A stretch of 64,000 nt of DNA from an uncultured Bacteroidota bacterium. GTDB lineage: Bacteria; Bacteroidota; Rhodothermia; Rhodothermales; UBA10348. The stretch is taken from positions 6,069 to 70,068 of the forward strand of contig CALFHN010000085.1 in NCBI GenBank assembly GCA_937876355.1, written 5' to 3'. Each line of letters starts with the position of its first letter. Within the stretch, counting starts at the first letter, position 1. Positions 57,668-64,000 of this stretch are shown piece by piece. Below the pieces are notes generated by a model. The model worked only from the letters and a program-made list of their open reading frames with translations. It was not told the origin of the DNA and did no database searches. The position numbers were made by a program, and so were the translations under genes.

Positions 57668-58990
57668 ATGAAGCGTACTACAACAATTCTGTTGGCAATG
57701 ATGATTGTTGCCTTCGCGTTCAAACCGGCTTCGGCTCAATGGACCACTGAGAAACCAGGAAGTGACAACATCGAAGTTATCGGTCACACCCCACTAGGCC
57801 CGCGGCTCAGTATTGCCGACATGGACCTTGAACAAGAGTTGAGCCGTCCTTACGCCTATGTCGCCCGAATGCACTATGCAGAAGCTGGCGAAAAAGGGAT
57901 GGATATCGTAAGCCTTGCAGATCCTGCAAACCCAAAAGTTATCTACCGCTGGAGAATTGAAAACCAAGACCTCCATATGAAAACGGGAGGGATGGATGTA
58001 AAACATTTCAAATGGAACGGACGCTATTATGTAGTGCAGTCGCTTCAGTTTGGAAGTGGTGGACCGGACAATGACCTTGGCGCTGTTGTGTTGGACGTTA
58101 CCGGGCTTCCTGATCCAAACTCGGTTAAGGAAGTTGCCCGGATTCGTGAGCCAGAAACGCCCGGAGGATTCCATAACATCTTTATCTACAAGCATTCCTC
58201 TGGCCGAGTACTGCTAATTACAACGATTTCCGGACCGCACGCTAACGTGTACGATCTTGGAACACTTGTAGAAGGCGGCAAGAATGCATTGGTCGCTAAA
58301 ATTCCTACTCCTGCGGAAAACACCAGGCGTGGATATCATGATTTCTACGCTGGTTTCCACGAAGAATCAGGTACAGATCGGTTTTATGGAGGTGGAACGG
58401 GTGGATACTATGTCTATGATTTCACGGACATGCAAAATCCTTCTCTTTTAGTCACGTTGACCGGAATAAGTGGCGTATCCAATGGTCACACATTTACGCC
58501 TGATCCTACGGGCCGATATGTTGTAGCCGAAACGGAATACAAATATGCTCCACTTCGCATCTTCGATCTCAAGCCAGCGCTAGACGGCACTCGTAACAAC
58601 ATAAATCAACCGATTTCTGCTTGGACACCGGCATGGGACGGCTTGGTTCATAATCATGAAGTTCGCTGGCCGTACGTATTCGTTTCAGGATACCATGACG
58701 GTCTGCAGGTCTTCTCTTTGATGGACCCGAGCAACCCGCAAACGGTGGGCTATTTTGACACGTTTACTGGCCCCAGAAGCGATGGCGGAATGTCTGGTGG
58801 CGTGGCAAATGGCGCATTCGGCATCGACGTCAGAAATGCAGACGGTCTAATTGTTATTTCGGATATGACTACCGGTATCTGGACCTTCAGGATGGAAGGT
58901 TTTAACGGATGGAATGGCGAAGACTGGGGAGTTCCAAACGTTTCTTCAGCTCAAAAATGGGACGAAGAATCGCGCGAAGGAACCAACTAG
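57668..58990 (+). CDS. LVIVD-repeat beta-propeller protein, paralog 5
   Basis: 440 aa with a signal peptide (FKPASAQ) and the same conserved blocks. Confidence 0.8.
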   Translation: MKRTTTILLAMMIVAFAFKPASAQWTTEKPGSDNIEVIGHTPLGPRLSIADMDLEQELSRPYAYVARMHYAEAGEKGMDIVSLADPANPKVIYRWRIENQDLHMKTGGMDVKHFKWNGRYYVVQSLQFGSGGPDNDLGAVVLDVTGLPDPNSVKEVARIREPETPGGFHNIFIYKHSSGRVLLITTISGPHANVYDLGTLVEGGKNALVAKIPTPAENTRRGYHDFYAGFHEESGTDRFYGGGTGGYYVYDFTDMQNPSLLVTLTGISGVSNGHTFTPDPTGRYVVAETEYKYAPLRIFDLKPALDGTRNNINQPISAWTPAWDGLVHNHEVRWPYVFVSGYHDGLQVFSLMDPSNPQTVGYFDTFTGPRSDGGMSGGVANGAFGIDVRNADGLIVISDMTTGIWTFRMEGFNGWNGEDWGVPNVSSAQKWDEESREGTN

Positions 58991-59068
58991 CATGCGCCCG
59001 GAGGTTTATTGAAAAGAAACCTTTTCAGAAAACTCCATACTTCCATTTTAAAATTGTCCTGTTAATTT

Positions 59069-59104
59069 GTGGGGGGCGGCCGGTGGCCGCCCCCCACTTT
59101 TGTT
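59069..59104 (+). terminator. rho-independent terminator after the LVIVD array
   Basis: gtggggggcggcc ggt ggccgccccccac forms a 13-bp perfect stem and is followed by ttttgttt. Confidence 0.75.
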
Positions 59105-59345
59105 TATCAACCTTCCCGAACTCTTGCTTTCGGCAGTTTTCTGTGGCGCGACACAAAGTCCTCGATGCTCTCTATCCTAGCCATCCTTACCGCCCTAACC
59201 GCTCTTGCCAAATGTGAGGAGAGGCACTTACATCAAATCAGCCATTTGTTCTTCGAAATCATTGCTCTAGAAACTGTCTGTCTTCTATTTTGTAATCTTC
59301 CATTCAGAAGGATTACGATGGAAACAATTCAGACAGAAGGTTGCT

Positions 59346-59903
59346 ATGAGGCGCTATTTCTACTTATTAATTACGTTGGTGGTCGTGAGTTCGGCGGCTT
59401 GGGTTACTCCGGCTTTGAACTCCTCCCCAACTCCCGGGCTGTGCGCTTTTCAAAACGCGGCCGCTGATTACTACCAAATCAAGCTAGTCGGCACCAAAAA
59501 GGTCACAGGCGCGAGAATGGCAAAAGGAATGGGCGACGTTACGTTTGCAAGCTCTCCATTTGGAGTAGCCTTGTCTGCCATAGGAACCTACGTATTGAAC
59601 CTAGACCTTCAGATGCAAAACGTCACGTTAGAAGAAGGCAAATCTTTGGTTGCATGGGTTTCTACCCCTCAAATTGACCAGATTAAACTTCTTGGGCGCT
59701 TCGACGAAGATCTTAAAGTCTTCGGATCGACAGATTGGAATAAGTTTTTAGTTGTAATCACCCTCGAACCTGCTAATTCGCCATTGGGAGCGACTTGGAC
59801 CGGTCCCGTTGTGGCTCGCGGAATGTCTCGAAGCGGCCTCATGCATACACTCGCCGGTCATGGACCTTACCAAACTGAACCTTGTGCCGTGTACGGATTC
59901 TAG
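59346..59903 (+). CDS. secreted hypothetical protein, possibly an RskA-like (anti-sigma-K C-terminal type) extracytoplasmic domain
   Basis: 185 aa with a signal peptide (LLITLVVVSSAAW). LVAWVSTPQ...KFLVVITLEPANSPLGATWTGPVVARG resembles the RskA C-terminal domain pattern. This is a weak call. Confidence 0.4.
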   Translation: MRRYFYLLITLVVVSSAAWVTPALNSSPTPGLCAFQNAAADYYQIKLVGTKKVTGARMAKGMGDVTFASSPFGVALSAIGTYVLNLDLQMQNVTLEEGKSLVAWVSTPQIDQIKLLGRFDEDLKVFGSTDWNKFLVVITLEPANSPLGATWTGPVVARGMSRSGLMHTLAGHGPYQTEPCAVYGF

Positions 59904-59910
59904 TCTTTTC

Positions 59911-61635
59911 ATGTCATCAAAATTGGCTACCTCTTTGATTCTCCCCTTTCGCATCACCCTTTTAGTAGCAGGACTGCTTTTCGCAGGCACTAGTACCGCC
60001 CGAGCGCAGGATCACAGCGGTCATGACATGGGCAACATGAAAATGGGCGCCGGAGAAGAAGTGGCATGGCGCATGGTACCCATGACAACATCCATGCCCA
60101 TGATGACAGACTTGATGAACGTTGTCCCAGTTGTTGGACCGTTTCTTCCAGGCTTTGGGATGGACGCTTCCATGTTTGCAGAGGCCAAACCATCCGAAAT
60201 TATTGACCTTGCTGATGGCGACACGCTTCGAATGGATGCTTCTTTAGTTCGGCGCACTATTGAGGGCAAGGAATACATCATGATGGCTTACGGAGGAATG
60301 TACCCCGGTCCTTTGCTACGTTCGGATCGAGGCTCTAAGGTTGTGGTGGAATTTACCAACAACATAGAAATGCCCACGACTGTCCACTGGCACGGCTTAA
60401 GACTGGATAATGCTTTTGATGGGGTCCCCGGTGTTACCCAACCTCCGATTTTGACAGGAGAAACGTTCACGTACGAGTTGATTTTCCCGGACGAAGGCAT
60501 GTTTTGGTATCACCCACACATGCGCGAAGATGTCCAACAAGACCTCGGTTTGTACGGTAATATGCTGGTGGATCCAATTGTTGAAGGCTTTTATGGCCCC
60601 GTCAACCGCGAAGTACCACTGATTTTTGATGACATTTTGATCGACGAAAATGGACTTCTGCCTTTTGGCGACTCAGGCCCTACCCATGCTTTAATGGGTC
60701 GGTTTGGCAATGTGTTGATGGTCAACGGGATTACTGACTATAGGCTCGACGTAGAAAAAGGAGAGGTCGTCCGGTTTTATCTCACCAATGTTGCCAATAC
60801 CAGGGCGTTTAACGTCGTATTTGGCGGAGCAAAAATCAAAATTGTGGCTAGCGATGTCTCTCGGTATGAACGAGAGCAATTTGTCGGGAGTGTAGTTATT
60901 GCTCCAGCAGAACGGTATATCGTGGACGTACTCTTCGATGAATCTCGAGAGTATCAAATTACTAATTCCATCCAGGAGATCGACCACTACAAAGGAATTT
61001 TCGTTCCCGTATCACATCCGCTTGGGACCGTTGCTGTTTCGAACCATACTTCGACGCCCTCATTTGTCGCAGATTTCCCGGTTCTGCGCACAAATACGGA
61101 CATCGTAAAGGATATTGACCGATTCCGCAAACATTTCAACCGCGAACCAGACCATAGACTTCGCCTAACGCTAAAAGTACACGGATTACCTTTACCTACC
61201 GTTCGAATGATGGAAATTGACACGCTCTACTTCCCACCAATGGAATGGAACGACACGATGCCCATGATGAATTGGCTTTCGTCCTCAGAACAGGTGGATT
61301 GGATACTGCACGATGAGGCCACTGACAAAGAGGGGATGGATATCCAATGGAATTGGAAAGTTGGAGACGTCGTTAAAATTAGGATTTTCAACGATCCTAA
61401 GACGTTTCATCCAATGAATCATCCATTTCATGTGCACGGGCAGCGCTTTTTGGTTACCCACATGGACGGAGTAGCCAGTACGAATATGGCTTGGAAAGAC
61501 ACTGCGATCGTACCGGTTGGAAGTACCATGGACATTTTGGTAGACGTCACTAACCCAGGCACTTGGATGGCCCATTGCCACATTGCAGAGCACCTGCACT
61601 CAGGCATGATGCTCTCGTTCACTGTCTCCGAATAG
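59911..61635 (+). CDS. multicopper oxidase with a Met/His-rich N-terminal region
   Basis: ORF 59809..61635. The ATG at 59911 lies after the upstream stop and gives a signal peptide (LLVAGLLFAGTSTARAQ). Copper-site motifs: TVHWHG, HPFHVHG, HCHIAEHLHSGMM. The Met-rich tract reads HDMGNMKMG...MVPMTTSMPMMTDLMN. Confidence 0.88.
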   Translation: MSSKLATSLILPFRITLLVAGLLFAGTSTARAQDHSGHDMGNMKMGAGEEVAWRMVPMTTSMPMMTDLMNVVPVVGPFLPGFGMDASMFAEAKPSEIIDLADGDTLRMDASLVRRTIEGKEYIMMAYGGMYPGPLLRSDRGSKVVVEFTNNIEMPTTVHWHGLRLDNAFDGVPGVTQPPILTGETFTYELIFPDEGMFWYHPHMREDVQQDLGLYGNMLVDPIVEGFYGPVNREVPLIFDDILIDENGLLPFGDSGPTHALMGRFGNVLMVNGITDYRLDVEKGEVVRFYLTNVANTRAFNVVFGGAKIKIVASDVSRYEREQFVGSVVIAPAERYIVDVLFDESREYQITNSIQEIDHYKGIFVPVSHPLGTVAVSNHTSTPSFVADFPVLRTNTDIVKDIDRFRKHFNREPDHRLRLTLKVHGLPLPTVRMMEIDTLYFPPMEWNDTMPMMNWLSSSEQVDWILHDEATDKEGMDIQWNWKVGDVVKIRIFNDPKTFHPMNHPFHVHGQRFLVTHMDGVASTNMAWKDTAIVPVGSTMDILVDVTNPGTWMAHCHIAEHLHSGMMLSFTVSE

Positions 61636-61711
61636 GCAACCACACGTTTAATGCTGTGCCCAATGTCCATCCGGCAGTGCAAGCCTGATCCCTTGGATTA
61701 CCCTGCTTAAA

Positions 61712-63145
61712 CTATTGATCGCCCTGGGCTGCACCTGCAGCTTCAATTGCCGCTTCGATTCTTTTTGCCATAGCCGATCCATTCTGATTTAGTGGATCTA
61801 TTCGAAGGGAGGCCCGGTACTGCAGTAGCGCTTCTTTCAATTTTCCGGCGACATACAATCCCTCTCCAAAAGAATCGTGAACGTTGGCGGATTCTGGATA
61901 CAATTCAGCATTGTATTCCAAAACTGGGAGGGCCAATTCAATTAGCCCTTGCCTTAAAAGCCTGTAACCCAATGAGTTAAGGGATACCTCGTCAAATGCT
62001 TCAGCGGGAAGCGTCGCTTTGGACGATTCATAAACGGCCTTGGCTTCTTCGATGCCGCCCGACAAAAGGGCGAAGTGCATGCGGCGGCCTAGTTGATAAT
62101 GAGGATCGTCATAGGCCTCATAATTGAGCCATTTAACGGCCGATTGTGGTCCCCCAACTAGCGTCTCATAGACCTGTGAAAGCACGAGCATCCCATTCGC
62201 TGAATTGCTCAACATCACGAATCCAGTTTTGGCGTCCGCAGACAAAAAAGCGAATGACTTATAGCCTGGATTATCACCCCAATGCCAAATCGAAGATCCT
62301 TTTAGCGTCGGTTGAAGTCCCCACCCGAGGCCCCAGAAAATGCCATCACCAGCATCTACCTGAACGGTGGTAAACTCTTTCTTTTGACTGCGAGTGAGGC
62401 CTTCTCCTTCGTTCGAGGCAAGAAGAAATCGAGCGTAATCGGCAGCAGTGGTGTGGAGACTGAACGCGGCGTTCCCCGTCAGAGGCGTGAACTTATTCAG
62501 CGCAACTCCCATATCTGTGTGGCCGACTGCAATATTTTCCGCAAAATCCGATTGCCAAACAAAGCTGGATGAGTTCATTCCTAAAGGTTCAAACACGTAT
62601 GACTGAGCCAAGTCTTCCAATGTCCTGGACGTGATGAACTCCATGATGCGTTGAAGGAATACAAACCCTTCGCCTGAGTAACTAAAGGTCAATCCGGGCT
62701 TGAAGAGGACGGGAAGATTAACCCGGTTATTGCGCCAATTCGGAAAACCCGATGTGTGGGTCAACACCATGCGAGCCGTGATCGTCAAATATTGGGGGTC
62801 GGCGGCCGCGTCGGGATAGGAAGCATAATCTGCCAAAGGTCTATCCAAATCCAGTAGTTTTTCTCCTGCCAAAAGAAGGGCGAGGTATGCTACAACAGGC
62901 TTGCTCAGAGACTCTGCTTCAAAAACGGTGTTCTCCGTTACGGGTGGGTTGGTTTCTGTACTCCTTACTCCTCCATAAAAAGACTCGCCGATCTTGCCAT
63001 TTTTAATCGAGACAACAGCTAATCCGGCCACTTCTGCCTCCTTTACCATCTCTGTAAACGAGGCAATTTGGCCCACAGCAATTCCGGTGGAAAATAAAGT
63101 CGCAACAATAAGGCAGACCAGAAAGGGTCGGTAAATTCGTATCAT
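61712..63145 (-). CDS. serine hydrolase (beta-lactamase fold) with a C-terminal TPR-like region
   Basis: 477 aa, signal-like N-terminus. The SxxK motif lies in FEAESLSKPVVAY. The C-terminus is helical-repeat (…GLYVAGKLKEALLQYRASLRIDPLN…). Confidence 0.8.
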   Translation of the reverse strand: MIRIYRPFLVCLIVATLFSTGIAVGQIASFTEMVKEAEVAGLAVVSIKNGKIGESFYGGVRSTETNPPVTENTVFEAESLSKPVVAYLALLLAGEKLLDLDRPLADYASYPDAAADPQYLTITARMVLTHTSGFPNWRNNRVNLPVLFKPGLTFSYSGEGFVFLQRIMEFITSRTLEDLAQSYVFEPLGMNSSSFVWQSDFAENIAVGHTDMGVALNKFTPLTGNAAFSLHTTAADYARFLLASNEGEGLTRSQKKEFTTVQVDAGDGIFWGLGWGLQPTLKGSSIWHWGDNPGYKSFAFLSADAKTGFVMLSNSANGMLVLSQVYETLVGGPQSAVKWLNYEAYDDPHYQLGRRMHFALLSGGIEEAKAVYESSKATLPAEAFDEVSLNSLGYRLLRQGLIELALPVLEYNAELYPESANVHDSFGEGLYVAGKLKEALLQYRASLRIDPLNQNGSAMAKRIEAAIEAAGAAQGDQ

Positions 63146-63249
63146 ATACTATATAAAGGCATTAGAGTCTGAATAAGACTGAACCCTCAAGGGGTTCCTT
63201 CGTTCTCTTGCTTTGACCCCAGTCGACCTTTTACAACGAACTGATTGCC

Positions 63250-64000
63250 ATGTTTATTTCACGGAGATCATTTTTATCGAAGTCAGCGATGCTCGCTACG
63301 CTCGCATCCCTCCCCTCTTCCCTGCGTAGTTTTGGTTCTGCATTCCAAGCTCAAAATTTCACTCCAATTAGGCGAGGTGTTGGGATCTTTGAGAGCCGTG
63401 GGGGCACAATTGGGTGGTTAGTTCGGCCAGAAGCTTTAGCAGTGGTCGACTCTCAGTTCCCAGAAAGTGCAGCGGTTTGCCTCGAAGGACTCAAGGAGCG
63501 GTCAGACAGAACCATGGATTTATTGATCAATTCCCATCATCACGGTGACCACACCGCTGGAAATGCCGTCCTGGGGGCCGATGCTGATCATATTTTGGCC
63601 CATGCAAACGTTCCTATTCTTCAACGACGATCGGCTGAAAAAAACAATTCAGTTGAGGCTCAAAAGTTTGCAGATGTCACGTTTGAAGAAACGTGGGAAG
63701 AATCTGTCGGGGATGAAAACATCAAACTATCGTATTTCGGTCCCGGTCACACCAGCGGAGACGCTATCATCCATTTTCAGGAAGCGAATGTGGTGCACAT
63801 GGGAGATTTAGTCTTCAACCACAGGCCGGCATACATTGATTTGGCTGCGGGAGCGTCAACCCGGAATTGGATTTCCATATTGGAGCGCGCCTACAAAGAG
63901 TTTACTGACGATACCGTGTTTATTTATGGACACGGTAACCCGACCCATGGCATTCTCGGAACCCGGGACGATCTCTTGGCCTCCGCAGACTACTTTACTG
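63250..64000 (+). CDS. MBL-fold metallo-hydrolase with a Tat-type signal; C-terminus cut by window edge
   Basis: Only partly represented in the ORF track. My translation from the ATG at 63250 gives MFISRRSFLSKSAMLATLA (twin-Arg), then ...LLINSHHHGDHTAGN (HxHxDH), ...GPGHTSGD..., ...VHMGDL... The frame is open to 64000. Confidence 0.8.
   Translation, partial: MFISRRSFLSKSAMLATLASLPSSLRSFGSAFQAQNFTPIRRGVGIFESRGGTIGWLVRPEALAVVDSQFPESAAVCLEGLKERSDRTMDLLINSHHHGDHTAGNAVLGADADHILAHANVPILQRRSAEKNNSVEAQKFADVTFEETWEESVGDENIKLSYFGPGHTSGDAIIHFQEANVVHMGDLVFNHRPAYIDLAAGASTRNWISILERAYKEFTDDTVFIYGHGNPTHGILGTRDDLLASADYFT

Noticed and set aside
59809-59910. N-terminal extension of the multicopper oxidase ORF.
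   Set aside because: It overlaps the 3-prime end of the preceding gene. The ATG at 59911 lies just after that stop and gives a proper signal peptide.
1-64000. Prophage, integrative element, defence island or biosynthetic cluster.
   Set aside because: I found no integrase, recombinase, phage structural gene, restriction-modification or Cas gene, and no biosynthetic core enzyme in any frame. The only accessory-type content is the brnTA islet and the two wHTH cassettes.

Overview
A 64-kb chromosomal segment that reads cleanly with the standard genetic code. I found no rRNA, tRNA, CRISPR array, integrase or transposase. Several proteins carry T9SS-type C-terminal sorting domains, and there is a PorV/PorQ-like barrel, a CarboxypepD_reg-type TonB receptor and many lipoboxes. 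This content suggests a Bacteroidota/Rhodothermota/Balneolota-type, probably marine, bacterium (inference only).

Content from left to right:
- Family-5 ABC binding protein, cut by the window edge.
- Znu/Tro-like metal uptake genes with a porin-like barrel but no ATPase.
- brnT/brnA toxin-antitoxin pair and a nucleotidyltransferase-fold gene.
- Ser/Thr kinase with a beta-propeller, an SDR and an M1 peptidase.
- A 12.5-kb co-directional envelope operon: T9SS cargo proteins, a lipoprotein, a TonB-dependent receptor, a PorV/PorQ-like barrel, an NHL lipoprotein and a secreted EEP nuclease.
- def, a receiver protein and an ECF sigma factor paired with a kinase.
- A DUF5107/TPR protein and a GH-like protein.
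- Decayed signalling genes and a beta-lactamase-fold hydrolase.
- TRAP dctQM, rarA, a UDG-like gene, gltA, an OmpA/PKD protein, a RoxA-like hydroxylase, a cyclophilin and YceI.
- Five tandem LVIVD-repeat propeller paralogs.
- A Met-rich multicopper oxidase, a second serine hydrolase and an MBL-fold hydrolase cut by the right edge.

The most unusual signal is a diverged, duplicated cassette of about 1.1 kb, at 24.9-26.1 kb and 40.8-42.0 kb. Each copy holds a small winged-helix gene followed by a 0.7-0.8 kb ORF-free tract. That tract carries two opposed arrays of a TGGCGC(G)ATAC-like motif phased at about 20.5 bp, roughly two helical turns. I do not recognise this architecture.

Secondary points of interest are the LVIVD paralog array next to copper-related genes, the T9SS/TonB/nuclease operon, and several signs of signalling-gene decay. 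One of these is a tail-to-tail junction of two truncated genes at a perfect 16-bp palindrome.
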